DNA from: the human T2T-CHM13v2.0 reference genome, Homo sapiens
Length of the DNA stretch: 64,000 nt
Assembly: GCF_009914755.1 (NCBI RefSeq)
Contig: NC_060926.1
Direction: 5' to 3' (one strand)
Numbering within the stretch: position 1 is the first letter of the stretch; each line of letters opens with the position of its first letter. Made by a program: the position numbers and the translations under genes. This document shows, piece after piece, positions 1-18,245 of this stretch. Below the pieces are notes generated by a model. That model searched no databases. It was given only the letters and a program-made list of their open reading frames with translations, and had not been told where the DNA came from.

Positions 1-1090
1 CAAAGTTCTCCAAAATACCTTTCAGGTCATTCTTCCATCATCTTGATCAAGGCACCCAACTTTCTTCTATTTATACTAATCTCTCCATCAAAATGTTTGC
101 TTAGCTACATCCTTGGTGTTCTCTCCAGAATGTGTTTTCTCATTTTTACAGGCTGAGAATTTTCCAATTAAGTTCTGCATCCCTTTTAGTTAAAAATTGT
201 GCCTTTAGTTTATCTCTTTCTGCATTTTACTATAAGCAGTGAAGTAATTGCCATGCAGCCCGTTCAATACTTTGTTTAGAGATTTCTTCTGCCGAGGATC
301 CTAGTTCTTCACTCTTAAGTTTCAACTTCCACAAAACACTAGGACAAGGACACAATTCAGTCAAGGACACAATTTGGCCTTTGCCACTTTATAACAAGGA
401 TGGCCTTTCCTCCAGTTTCCAATATCATATATTGATACCTATTTCCATTTAAGACCTCATTAGAATGGTCTTTAGTGTCTTTATTTCTACCAACATTCTG
501 TTCACAACCACTTAGATAATCTGAGAGAAATGAGGCTCTTTCTACAACTCTTCTCTTCTGAGCCCTCACCAGGATCTCCCTGAGTGCTCCGTTCACAGCA
601 ATTCAGGCTTTTTCTTGCCTGTTCCTCCAAACTCTTTCAGCCTCCACCCATTATGTGGTGCCAAAGCCACATCCACAATTTTAATTATTTATTATAACAA
701 CATCCTACACTCAGTATCAATTTTTGTCTTAGTCTGTTGTGTTACTATAACAAAATGCCTGAGACCTAGTAATTTATAAATAATAGAAATTTATTTCTCA
801 CAGTGTCGAGGCTGGGAAGTCTAAGATTAAGGCACAAGTAGGTCTGATGTTTGGTGAAGGCCCAGTCTTTGCTTCTAAGATGATGCTTTGTTGCTGTGTT
901 CTCACATGGCAGAAGCTGGAAGGGCAAACTAGACCAAGCTAGTTTCCTCCATCGAAAAACTTTCCTAATCCTATTCACAAGGGAGGAGCCCTCATGACCT
1001 AATCAACTCCTAAAGACCCCACCACTTAATACTGTTGCATTGGAGATTAAGTTTCAACGTGAATTTTGGAGGGATACGAACATTCAAGGC
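1..1090 (-). mobile_element. MaLR element (MLT1A-like): internal sequence (1-~724) and LTR (~725-1090)
   Basis: Typical MLT1A/MST LTR text (tgtcttagtctg...tttatttctcacagt...ggctgggaagtc...attaagtttcaac...ttttggaggga...aacattcaa), preceded by internal-junction sequence ccaaagccac...tatcaattttt. Confidence 0.75.
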
Positions 1091-1446
1091 AGGGATCTGA
1101 GGTTTTAACTATCTTCCAGTTTTGCTGAAAGTGGACTTTCTTTTTGTTTCTTTTTGTTCTTGCCACTTTTGCATGATTTTTATCTTTTTTTTGCAAGATG
1201 ATAAGTAGGAAATGTTGCAACCTCCTCTGAGATCAAGATAGGACCACTACACTCCAGCCACTCTTTGCCATCATGTGCAAATGATCATTTCAAAGTTCCC
1301 GTAGGAGGACCAGGGAATGATGGCATCTGGCAGTGGCTAGGAATGTCCCTCAGCATGGCTCACTCAAAAGAAGAAATTCCACCACTCCTGTGACTAGATC
1401 AATTTATTTCTCTCTCTGTGTTTTCTCCACTTCAGGTGGCATTTAA

Positions 1447-4048
<2,602 letters not shown>

Positions 4049-4709
4049 ATATATATATATATATAAAGATTTAAGCAATAGCAATCCACTCATATATTTC
4101 CTAATATGTCTCATTTTCTGAACTAAAGATTAAAAATTTGAATTTGAAAAAAAATCTGATTTATAAGGTGTAACAATCAAGTATCTATTGTTTTCCTCTA
4201 GAAAAAAAAGGAATATTCTCTTTAACTTTTTACTGTTAAATAGTAGAAAGCAGACTGCAAATCAGTGTTTGAGATAGTATTTTGGGGAAAACCTGGGAAT
4301 AAAGTTTGAACTTTGATCATGCTTAATTGGTGGCATGATAGTTAAAATATTTTATGATTTTTTTTTCCTTGAATCAGCTTTTCTTATAAAATTATCTCAG
4401 ATCTAGCCTGATAAGAACAATGAAGAGATGAAGAGAAAGATGAAAGTAATCTCTGGTATGTGATTTTTGAGAGACTCTTGAAAACCCCCGTGGTCAAAAA
4501 TGTGTCCTACATGGGCTTTTCTTCCTGCTTGACTTTGCAAGGATAGTAATGAATTCTTTTGAGGCTTCTCCTGCAGTCCTTTTTCAAAATGCAGATTTTC
4601 ACAGGTGAGGCAATGCACCAAGGACATGTTTTTAACCAGCAGTGAGCTGATTATGAGCCTGTCTTCTCATTTGATTCACACAACTGTTCTTTGAGCAAGA
4701 TTTCCCCGA

Positions 4710-4813
4710 GAATTTTTTGGTTCTTCCCTCAAGGGTGACAGTCACATTTTGTGACTGATATGAATTTTTTGGTTCTTCCCTCAAGGGTGACAGCCACATT
4801 TTGTGACTGATAT
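4710..4813. repeat. 52-bp tandem duplication (2 copies, 1 mismatch)
   Basis: gaattttttggttcttccctcaagggtgacag(t/c)cacattttgtgactgatat at 4710-4761 and 4762-4813. Confidence 0.95.
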
Positions 4814-5690
4814 TGGATTAGCCCGTCAATCCAATGGATTAAGCTATAATGTCAAGTTTGGCAACAAAGATGGGGTTGAATAATTTTACCTATCTCTGGT
4901 TGTGGGGTTTGAGGTTTCATCTCCCTTCTGCTCAGGTTGATTGGTCAAAGCCTGAGACTTTGATTAGCTTCAAAGGGAGGGATAGAGTGGGGTTAATTAT
5001 GTCTAAAAAAGATCAGAACCCAATCTTTTTACCTTTTTTAATGGTCTCAGCTGTTTCTCTAATTCGCAGTTGATACTTATGAGTATCTTTGTTGTAATAT
5101 TTAGAAAAGGGAGAGAGTAAATAGGGGTCCTTTCTTTGACCTTGAACATTGATCCAACTCAGCCTTTAATTAGAGCTATGCACAGGCATAGAGCATTCTT
5201 ATGCAGCTGGGAATAAAATGGTACCCTGATTTCCATTCTGCATTTGTTTTCTGTGAATACCTTCCTAGAACTTTGTTGGGAGGGATAGGGGTAATTAACT
5301 GGGCAAGATGAGGTCATTCTCTGGTTCCTGACCAAAATATTGTTATAATAGCACCTGATACTCTCATCTTAACTTGTAAAGTAACCTCATTGAGAAATAA
5401 AAACAAAGGGCAGGAAATACTCTGTACAAAGAGGGGAAAGCCCACCACCTGAGAGAGAAAGGAGTCCTGGAACATGGGACAGTGAACTAGGAGAAACTTT
5501 GGGGCAGATGAATGTGTGTGAGGATGTGGGTGTGGGGTTGATGGCAGCAGAGGATGAACTTTTGAAATCAGTGAATCATCTTGTGAAAACATATGGCTGT
5601 TAATATATAACTATCTTGTTTACAACTCTATAGTGCCTCCCCCTTGCTTGCTCTGAGGATGAGGTCCAAACTTTTTAGCAAGAAACCTCA

Positions 5691-6078
<388 letters not shown>

Positions 6079-9000
6079 TTAAGGGCCTCAACATCATTTG
6101 TGCTGTTCCTACTCAGAATTCGATTCACCTGCAAATACCTACTTTTCTAGTATGTCCCTGTTTAATGTCCTCCTTCAGAAAAGTGTAGTAGGTGTCCTCT
6201 GTTTAACCCACATAACTCAGGTATGCAACAGATATGGACTATTCTATATTCTGTTTCTCAGCTACCTTACTTTTAAGCCTTGTTTTGTCTAATGGTGGGG
6301 AAAACCCCCACAATCTTGCTAATCCATTAAACCCAATCACTTCCAGGATTTTCTCTGTAACTCCAGAGTTAAGTTTAGTCATCTGCGATGTTTTTTCTCA
6401 CCTTTGGGTCTCCATGGGAATATGTCTAATTTGTGGGGGTGCTTGCAAATTGTCAAGGCATTTGGGAAGATATCAAGTCCTTGGTCTCTAGCCACATAGC
6501 GTTTATTTCTGTGACTGCTTTTAGGTTTATCTCTAGTCATGGTGTCTGTCCTTCTGGCTTCTATCAAGGTGTTCCATCTTGTCTGACCATGGAGGGGTAA
6601 TCATTGTCAAGAGAGACTTACGAACATTCTCATATCCTCCGTAGCAGGGCAGTCCACCACCCAACCTCTGTTAACATGCTTCTTTTCTTGGTCATAAGAC
6701 ATCCACAAAATGTGCTGACTTTCCCTCTTACAGCTAACCCCTGGGACCATGTAAATATGTACATTCACTCTTCAATTATTCTCCTTTTGAAGCATTATCA
6801 TGGAGTAATCTGATACTCTGATTCCTTCAGTGTTTTCTGATTGATCCTCAAGTGTAGGCTTTGAGAACTCAGAAAGCTCTTATTTCTCCAGAAACCCAGC
6901 TCTTGCCAATGAAAGCTTTGGTTTCCAAGTCAGTTTGCTCTTATAACAGATTTAAAAGTGTATTTTGGAACTCAAAATCTGTGAATGGACTGTTTCTTTG
7001 TCTTTGTATTCTTATTATAAAAATTCTGTTCGTCTTTCAGAGTACAGAATTTCTCTGACTGTATAGGGGAGAGTCACTCTAAGAAACTGTGGGATATGGG
7101 GAGAAAAACATTTTTCAGGAAATTAATCCACCATGGAAGGCTGCTTCAATGTCAGGACTGGATCAGGCTTCACTGTTTTAGTCTGAAATTATGTATTGAA
7201 GTGACTTGGGTCTCTATCCGTGTAACATTTGTGCGTCCCAACAAATTCTGAGCTTCATGAGAGATCTAAGACTGTGTCTGTGCCTGTCTTGCTTACCACC
7301 AAAGCCTGAGCTCTAGGTTCAGGACTTGGCAGAGAATAGGTGTTCCACAAATTCCCAGTAAATAGTTGAATAATCTGGGGAGAGAGAAGAGATCAGTGTG
7401 GTAGCAGGAGGGTTCTGGTACCCAGGGGCAGAGTTGGGAGCTGAATGAACACAAGTGGGAAATGGCTGCAAGCTAGTTTCTCTTGATGAGTGTGGTGGTG
7501 CTTGTAGTGCAGTGAGGGCTTAAATATTGCTGTGGAGCCCATTGGTTCAGAATCTTTGTGCCCTACATAGATTTCAAATAGGCACTGGAGTTGAACTTGG
7601 AACAAATTCTGGGATAGTACCCATGTTCGTGTAATAAAGGACAATAGTGGAAAATACCTCATCTTCATGTAGGTAGCACTATTTGCATCCAAATGTGGAA
7701 GCTTCCTTACAGGATCCTCCCCACCCCATCCCTCCCCGTAAACATGGACCTAGTACAGTTGTGGCTCACTACAGAGGGGGCTGTAGGTTGCCATGGTGAG
7801 GAGAGGGCTTTGTAAAGTTCTGTGCTTTTCTGTGTAGCCCTGAGGTCAGAGATTCCCTGCAGAACAAGCAGGCTTACTTGAAGAAAACAAATAAGTTAAA
7901 AATAAGTGGGCAATTCACTTTCTCCTTATACCGTGTTGTCAGGAAATTTGTTGAGTGTTGTGTGTGTTTTCATAATTTGAAAAGCATATCTGACTTTTTC
8001 TTGTCAGAATTGATTATTTTGGGATTTAAAAGGCAATACACTCCATCAGGGAGCAAAACTGTGGAAACTCCTGACGTGAAAGCAGATGGTGCAATTTCTT
8101 ACTCATGCGGTTCTCAGGGAATCCTGGCACATTGCTGGTACTCCAGACAGAGGGGTAATGTCATTAGAGTCACTGTGTCAATTTATTTTTCCCAGAGAAG
8201 GACACAGAGGAAAATGTAAGCACAGCTCAGCTAAATCTCTGCGTTACTCAAGCTCCAGAGGTAGGTGGCATGACATTGGTCTTGGAGCTTGACATCAGAG
8301 AGAGATCTTCAGAAAATGGATTCAGAGACCAGGAGGGGATCTTCAAGGCCAGGGATCCAGCCTTCTTATTTTACAGTGAGGAAACTGAGGCCCATAAAGT
8401 GAATTGACTTGATGAAGATGGCACAGTTACTTGATAAGTGGGAGTGCTGTGATATTTTAATTAAACCACGGCTTCTCAAACACTTATTTTCATCCAAATC
8501 GCATGGAAATCATGTGAAAAATGCAGATTCTAATTCAGGACATTAGAGCCATGGCCTAGAATCTGCATTTTTAACATTCTCCCAGGTGATATTGATGTTT
8601 CTCTTCCCTGGGCAACACTATGATTTTTAAAATATTATGTTACAGGGACCTAATCGCAAGCCATTCCTCAGTACCTCCTTCAGAAAGGATTGTTTTAAGA
8701 CATGGAAGAAGGCTCAGGAGCCCAAGACTACTGACCTGGTGTGGATTCTCACCACAGCATGCCCACTAAAGTGAGGATGTCCTGTAAAATCAGAGAAGCC
8801 AGTTTGGCTTATAAGGCTCTGACTGTTCAGCTCAACTTCTTCTCTTTCATTGTTGACTTTGTCACTGTTTTCCTGCTTCTCCCATGGAATACAATCTGAG
8901 ACAGATAGGATATGTGTTAATTGTATAAAAGACTTTGCAATACGCACCCCCCTGCCCACCAAAAGAAACAGAATAAAAGAGATTATTGGGTATTCTTTGG

Positions 9001-9649
9001 GATTCTAGGTATTGTCTAGCATACCCATCTGGATTATCTGATGCTATAGTCGTCTATTCCTCTCATTGTTTATGAGCTGTTTTTAAAACTCTTTAAGTTG
9101 TATAATAGAACCTAAGCATAAAGCCAATGATTCTTGTCCCATTAAATGCAATGCATTATTGCCGTATGGATATAGACCACATCTATTTTTAAATTTATTT
9201 TAGCATTCCTGATTGTCTATATGTTCTTTGAATTATTTTCATTGAGTGTAACATTTTACTGTTCTATCATCAATTAATAGGTTATATAAAATATTTGACA
9301 CATGTTCCTTTTATGTTTTATATTTGTGCAAGAGTTACAGTTTTACCCTTAAAAATTGTCCTTTAAAATGAACTTTGATTATTTGGCTGAATCCCTTCTC
9401 CAAAAGAGGCAAAATTGAATTTGCTCTTTAATGTGAAAATCTAGGGTCTTAATTTTCAACACTTATGTAGCACTTAGAGTCACACCAGCTTTTGGAGTCT
9501 CAAAGGATCTTAAGTTACTGATCAGACAGCTGAATCTCAGAAAAATGAAGAGATTTACCCAGGGACACATGGCTGGGATGGGGTAGAGAAAGGAGTCTCC
9601 TTTTTCTCATACTACCCTTTAGTTATTGTGTATTTGAATGACCCAAGTC

Positions 9650-9970
<321 letters not shown>

Positions 9971-11513
9971 TTATTCACCATTGTCCTAATCGGTGAGTTG
10001 ACCAAAGGTAGGAGGAGCATAGACATGTGGGAAGGGGCCCAAAGAACTGGTGCTCTTTGCCTCTTTTATTGACCCTTCTGGAGAAGAGGTCAAGGAAAAT
10101 GTGAAGGCTTGTGCCTTGCCGTGGATAGATTTATGTCTGCAGTTGTTTACCTGAGGCCTGTGGCCTGCAAAGACACAGAGAGTGGCCATGAAAAGTCTCT
10201 CTACAGCTAAATGGCTCAGCACTATTGCAGGTGACCATGATGACAGTGACGGCAATCATAAAAATTCTTGGAATGAGCATATGCTCTGGAGTCAGATTGA
10301 CTTGAGTTTAAATTGTGCTCTGTTTATTACAAATTGTATACCCTTGGCAGAGTTGCTTAACCTCCTCAGAACTTTGTGCTACCCCATTTTACAGATTAAC
10401 AAATAATCTCATAGAATTATCGTGAAGAATTTTTGAGACAACATGAAAAGCACAGTGTAGTTCCTTGTCAGTATTCATCGAATGTTCTTTTCTCTTTTTT
10501 ATCTTCACTTTTGCCAAGAAATATATTCATTTACATTCAACTCTCTTTACCCAGAAAAAAGTTAACTGCTCAATGGCATTTATTGAACACTTGTTATGAA
10601 TCCAGCCTGTGGCAGGGACTACGGGGTATACAGAAATGTAAACGTTCCTTCCCCTGCTTTCAATGAACAAACAGTCTAATTAAGGAAGGGTAGTAACTGA
10701 CCTGGAACAAATAAAGACATCATTGCATTGAGAATTTGGAGACATGAGGCATCGGTGAAGGTTGGAAAAGGTAGTTGTGGACACAGCATGGACAAAGCGG
10801 AGGTGGTGGGAGGGAGCATGATGTCGGGAAGGAATTGGCTTAGTCCTCAGAGAGGGTATTGGTGGGGAGCAGTGGGAGCCTAGGTGGGGAAAGCAGGCCT
10901 GTGCAGGTTTAGAGAGAACCTTGGACGCCAAGCTGAGTAGCTAGGCCTTGCTACAATAGATGGCAGCAACCCCTGGCAGTTTCTGAGCAGAGGAATAAGT
11001 AACATGCTTTGCAAGCCCAGATGTTGCCCTCTGCAGTTTCTTTTATGGGACTCTGTTTGTTGTTGTTGAGCTCCCTGAATTTCTCCTGGAGGTCAGAGAT
11101 GTCACTTGTTGCTCTGACACTGATTCAAAGGTTGATTCTGAGGAGTGCTGAGGAGGCTGATTTTTGTGGGAAGAGATGACAATTTAAATGCCCCATAGAG
11201 GCAGCTCCCCCAGATTCCTCTACATCAGTTTTTTTCTCTGAGTGTCTATACTTCTGGTTACTCTGAACAGGAATATGTTATCTGTAATTTTTCATTATAA
11301 GTCTGATTAATGATCTTTTTTTTTTTGCTTTGCAGCCTCAATTTAATGAAAAAATATAATCTTGACTGCTAAAAAATTGAGCTTTGATACTTTAGTCCAT
11401 ATTTTTCATTACCATTGTCATTTCCAGAGAAGCCTCTTGATAATAGAATTTCATATGAGCACTTTATGAAGATTTTGACAAACCTCCATTCAAAACCAAG
11501 GCAATTTCAATGA

Positions 11514-11891
<378 letters not shown>

Positions 11892-13176
11892 TAACTGCCG
11901 AGGGTTAGTGTCAGTGCAGGTATAGCAGGCAGATCATCATGACCATGCACACATGTTTATCAGTGATTGAAGTGGGAGACACTGAGCCCTGGAGCAAAGG
12001 GAGATAGAAAACATATACATGAGCCACTTGGGAGGGGAGATGAGGGGCCGTTTATGGAGATGAGATGCAGAATGCAACTGATAAATGATACTGATGGGAG
12101 CAAAGCCAGTGTAGCTGCCAGCCTCTAGAATGACCAAGATGATAATGAAAAATAAAAATAACAGATATCCTTGCTGAGTATTTTACATCCAGTATTTCAT
12201 TTTTATCCTCACAACAACTCTGAAAGGTCGATATTGTTAATCTGATTTTATAGAAAATGACAGATCTGCATTAAAACCCTGGTCTTTGTGAGGCTGACAG
12301 CTGACCTCTTCATGGCATTGCCCTACCTCCCTAGGGAGACATCTTCTAAGTAGAAGGGATCTTGGCTTGAGATTAAACTTTTACTCTAGAGTGCAGATGA
12401 GTCCTAAGGAAAGGTGGGTTGTGCTTGCCAATAATCTATTTGCATGGGAGACTGGAGAGTGTCTGGGAATGAACAACTTCTCAGTGAAAGAGAGAGCGAG
12501 CTAAGTCCTGTTAGCTAGACCAGAGTTTCCAGCTGAAATGGGGGACTGCTTTTGAGTATAGAGACAGACCTCAGGCCATCTCTGGTTCAGTCTCTGTGGA
12601 ATGATACCTGGATATTAGGAATTGCAGGATGATTGGACACGATGATATCAAGATGTTAGGACTGAAAAATAGAGACTGGGTTAAATGAATCATCAAGGCC
12701 ACCATAAAGTGATGGGGGAAATAAGATTCTTGTGGCAGAGGTGGGAAAAGAGTTTTTTGAAAGGTTTGGATTAGAGAGGAACTCTGTGAACTGCCCATGA
12801 AAGGAAAGTGGATGGGGAGGGAAAGGGAATTTTATGAACCATGTCTCCATTCAGTGTTTGATAAACGCAAGCAAAATTATTTTGAAAATACATTTTGGTT
12901 TCCTAGGCTGTATCTCTTTAACTGTGACTTATCTCTGAGGTGTCTGCTAGGTTGGTCATGGTTTTGTAGTTTTTATGCCAACAAACTTGGTATTAGCCAT
13001 GGTAACTCATGTCCCCAGGGCACTTTTGTATGAGTAGGCATTTTTAACCAGGAAAATGGGCCTGGTTCTTAGTTCAAAGAGTTATTAAATGTGAAGTATC
13101 AGCAAAATCAAGAAAACAGAACGCTGTTATTTTTCCTTTTAGTTTTCTATTTTTTTATTTACCATTTTAATCTCTC

Positions 13177-13795
<619 letters not shown>

Positions 13796-16058
13796 TTTCC
13801 TCTCATTTCTCATAGTGATGTTAGTTCATGTTGCAGTGTAGCAGCAAATTACAAAAGTTTGCCATTGCTTGAATTTCATCGAATTATAATTTTACTGGCC
13901 ATACCTTACCTGCCATGGATACAAGAAACAATTCTGTCTTTTTCTTGGACTCACCAAGAGGTGACCAGGGCCAGTTTCATGTCCCACCACCAATCTTCCA
14001 TCCCTGTAGAAAATATAACCTTGACCCAAATAGAAAAAGTTCTAAGAGATTCTTGGATGTGTGACCTAATATTCATTAAGTCCCTTCTCTATTTGAATAC
14101 CAGTCTCTGTGCCTCCCTTCTTGCCCGAATATTGGGGACCACATGTTAGTCCTTTGATAAATAACTACATCAAAAGAGAGAAGAGACCTTAACAGTCATC
14201 AGAAGCATCAGAAGGTGGGACCCATCTCTGTCTTTTATATATGCCATTCCCCTTGTAACAAATATCCTTTTGCTATAATAAGATACACCATTTGGGTAAC
14301 TCAATATCCCTAGACTCAGTATATCTGTAAAATGAATGGGCTGAACTAGATGACTTCCAAACTATATTTTAAAGCTTTAATGTTCTAAGAGTCCATGGTT
14401 TCAGGCATAAACAATAGGCAGTGAAGGTCTCCCCCCTCATCTTCCATTATGCCATAGCCTATTGTAATTCTGGCACTGGTTTTGAATCTTCTGTTTAACA
14501 GAGAGTCCAACTTGATTCTTGATTCAGAGAGAACTGGATTCCATAGAGAACTGGAGTGAACAATTCTCTCTCCTTGAATATTTTGGCTAATTCAGATTTT
14601 GCTGTAAGGACACCCAGCTATCCAAATCTCTCCTGGGTCCTAATGGAAATTTGAGAGCTCACATAGGCAGAACAGGTCAAAATTAGTAGAATTTAGTTGA
14701 ATAATGGCAACTGGTGGGACCAGCCATTGATGTTGGTTGACACTGGTCACTTTCTCAGTGATTGTGGCAGTAACTTGGGAACTCCACAGAACCAAGCTCA
14801 TAGAACATATGGGCGCTAGGAACCTGGGATGGGAGAGGTGATGCCACAGAATGTTCAGCGGGAAAGCAAACAAAAGTGCTAAAGGTAAGAGTCTCTGGCT
14901 TCCTGTCTTGCTGAGGGATGGAGTTAGGACCTGGTGACCCAGAACAATCCTGGGTAGCTCAAGTGTCCTATCTCAGTCTCTTGAGGTCAGCTCTACCCAC
15001 ATCAAACCAGGGACAAGACCAGCTGTGAGTCACCTTGAGCAGTCTGACATAACTTCTCTTTTTCTAAGCCCTATGGTGGTCACTGAAAAATATCACCCAG
15101 GCATCGAGAAGTGTAAATGTTATTTGAAAACTAGCACTTATTTTCTGGTGATAAAAGAATTGTCTTTCTTTCATTATTGTTCCATCGACTCCAACTCACA
15201 GAGGGGCTCAAAGAGCACTCAAATAATTGCCTGCTGTAGTAATAAAGAGGTTATAGTCTCTTTCGTTGTGATGGCAACAGAACATTTTAGGAATTTCAGC
15301 TCCCCTCTGGATCTGACTCTCGTTGTCTATTTTCTACAATTAAATTCCCCTGTAACTTTGTTCTAAATAATTTAGATGAAGGATCAAAATCATGTGCTAA
15401 CTGGTCGATAACACTCAAGTTTCTCTCTGGTTTTGCCTGGAGGCACTTTTAAACCACTTTCTGGGAGAATCAGGGGGTTAGCTGTTGTACTTGGTTCTGG
15501 CTTTTTGAAATACTTGCCTCTCCCCAGTCTTTTTTTCCTGTTTGTTTCTCCATACTGGCAGGACCTATCCTTAATTCAGCTCACCACACTTCACGCTGGC
15601 CCATCTACCCTTCCAGCACACACACCGCACCATCACGGGGCCCTGGGGCCTCAGCATGGGTTCCTTTTGCTGCAGAAAACAGGTGGTCGGGGGAGGTGGT
15701 CACTCTTTGTCCCATTAGGTTCCCTTCCAAATTCTGCCAGAGACCACATAGGGGATACTTTTTGAGACTGTCTGTTGATAGTTAGGCATTGATAATTACA
15801 TCTGGACTATAAGAACAAACCAGGACCATCCCAGGCAAACAGGGATGTATGGTCCCCACACCAATGGACTAGGCATTCTTTGGCCCTAGGCCTTTAAATA
15901 TGCCTTTCTGGCTATCTGGAATGATCTTCCCATATCTTATCCTGGTTAGTTCCTGTTCACTCATTCTTCAGGTTTCGCTACAGATGATATTTCTTCAGGA
16001 AGACTTCCCTGATCCTCCCTTGGGCTGATTAGAGATCCTGCTTCCAAAATTTCCCCTT

Positions 16059-16343
16059 TCTCCCCCCTCCCCAAAAATAATTAGAATCAATAAGACTTAA
16101 TATTTGCTAGCACAACAGGGTGACAATAGTCAATAATAATTTGATTGTACATTTACAAATAACTAAAAGAGTATAATTGTATTGCTTGAAACACAAAGGA
16201 TAAATGCTTGAGGGGATGGATACCCCATTTTCCACGATGTGATTATTACACATTGCATACCTGTATCAACATCTGAGGAAACTTGTGAATATATACACCT
16301 ACTATGTACCCACAAAAATCAAAATTAGAAATGAAAAAATCAA
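16059..16343 (+). mobile_element. Short L1MA 3'-end fragment with 14-bp TSD CAAAATTTCCCCTT
   Basis: gcacaacagggtgacaatagtcaataataatt...tactatgtacccacaaaaat L1MA 3'UTR text. TSD at 16045-16058 and 16344-16357. Confidence 0.85.
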
Positions 16344-17432
16344 CAAAATTTCCCCTTCCCTATCACGCCATCACACTCTCACACACGGGCACATGTTCTT
16401 TCTCTCATGAGTATGCACACAGGGCTCTGGGGCTGGGCACTATTTACCTTGTCTCTGCAGCACAGCAGCTAGCTTGTTGACTGCAGCTTAGTAAATATTT
16501 ATTGAATGCTACACTGATTTCCCTCCTTCCTTCCCTCCCTCCCTCTCTCCTTCCTCTCTTCTGGTGCCTTGAGTTTTTAGTATCCTCTACAATATTTGCC
16601 AGCATTTAGTTTTGTTTTGGCTTACTTCTGGTTCCGCCGTTCCTCAGTTTTCCTCCTCATCCTTTTTCCTTCCACCAAGCTCATCCTTTTCTCTTCCCTG
16701 CTTTCGCTGTGTCCTGTGCTATGTAGCTTAAATTCTCTTTTCGCTGTTTTCCCATCTTAAAATAGTGCCTAAGCTGAGTGGCTGGCTCCTTTTGTGAAAG
16801 TGCACTCCAAGAATACAAGTGTCTAGGTTATATGACTTTGGAATAAGAAAAATAGGATCCCAGAATTTGCTAGCCTATAAGATCTCTGCTTCTATTTTGA
16901 GTCAGTGATGAATTCCCTTTAGCAGGTGTGCTTGTTTGTAAGCCTTTACCTCTGCTATCTCCCTTTACAGTTTGGTCTTTTTCATAACTGTAGGTTTGAA
17001 GCAGGATGGCTGCTGGGATGACTTCTATTCCTAATGATAAATTTCATGTGAATCTTCAAGCATTCAAGATTTGAGAAGTGGGTAACATTGTTTGTTCTTG
17101 GTCCTCTCGGGCACTGAAAATCTGAGATGTATGGAAAGATATCCTGCTTGGCATAGATATTCCTCAAAAAGATGAGGCTTATTTGGAAGGAGGCTATTCT
17201 GTAGAAATTGAGCTTTCTTCCCTGTGCTGCCCCTTTGGATTCCACTTTCTTCCTTAGTAGAACTACCTTTTTGAGTAGTTTTGCTCTTTGTATTTGTTTT
17301 CTTTTCCTGCCTTTATTCAGAGCCACAAATGAATCTGATATCTCTGCTCACTTCTGGCTTATCTGAGCTTCTTTGCCACCTTGTATGCTTTATCATGTGT
17401 GGCTAAGAAGCCTGTATCCCCAGAAGGCTAGA

Positions 17433-17652
17433 CATTGGTATGCTGCAGCCAGCTGGCACTGGCTCGTGAGCACCAATCCTGTGTATCTCTCAACTCAGCA
17501 TTTGGTGACATCACATCAGTGGTTTGAAATCTGCCGTAGTGGGAGTATTTACAGCACGGAAATCAGCAAACTTGGCAAACACTACAAATCGAGGAGGGTG
17601 TGTGTATGCATGTGCCCACCTTGTTATTTAACATTTACCAGTATACCACTCA
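17433..17652 (+). mobile_element. hAT MITE, MER63-like
   Basis: gtgggagtatttacagcacggaaatcagcaaac and terminal acatttaccagtataccac resemble MER63. Confidence 0.6.
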
Positions 17653-17674
17653 CTGGCTAAAGCATCAAAATTCC

Positions 17675-17880
17675 AGCTCTGTGGTGTCCAATATGGTAGT
17701 CACTAGCTATATGTGGATATTTACGTTTAAATTAATTAAAATGGAATAAAATTTAAAATTAAGTTTCTCAGTCTCCATAGCCACATTCAAAATGCTTAAT
17801 ATTATAATCACATGTGGCCAAGTGGCTACTGTATAGGTACAGATAAGGAATGTTTCCATCATGACAAAGTATTGGACCCC
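17675..17880. mobile_element. hAT MITE, MER3-like
   Basis: tgtccaatatggtagtcactagctatatgtgg...cacatgtggccaagtggctac...attggac. Confidence 0.7.
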
Positions 17881-18013
17881 CGAGACTAGCTGTTTTGTCT
17901 ATGTTGGATGTTTGGTATCGTGGTCCAGTCTGAGGTATTAGGATTAGAATTAGGTATGTGTTGTCTCCACAATTCACATATGCCAAAGGCAGTTTATACT
18001 ACAATCTATAGAT

Positions 18014-18245
18014 TAGGGGGTCAGCAATTTTTTTCTGTAAAGGCATATAAGTACATTTTTGGCTACATGGGCTATATGGTCTTTATTGAATGGTCTGTAA
18101 CTATTCAACTTTGGTATCATGGTATAAAAGCACCTGCAGATAATACAAAAAAATATAAGCCTATCTGTGTTTCAATAAAACTTTGTTTACAAAAACAGGT
18201 AGTAGACCAGATTTGGCCTATGGGCCATAATTTGCTAATCCCTGA
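18014..18245 (+). mobile_element. hAT MITE, MER58A-like
   Basis: ggggtcagcaattttttctgtaaagg...caataaaactttgtttacaaaaacagg...tttgctaatccctg with terminal inverted repeats. Confidence 0.75.
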
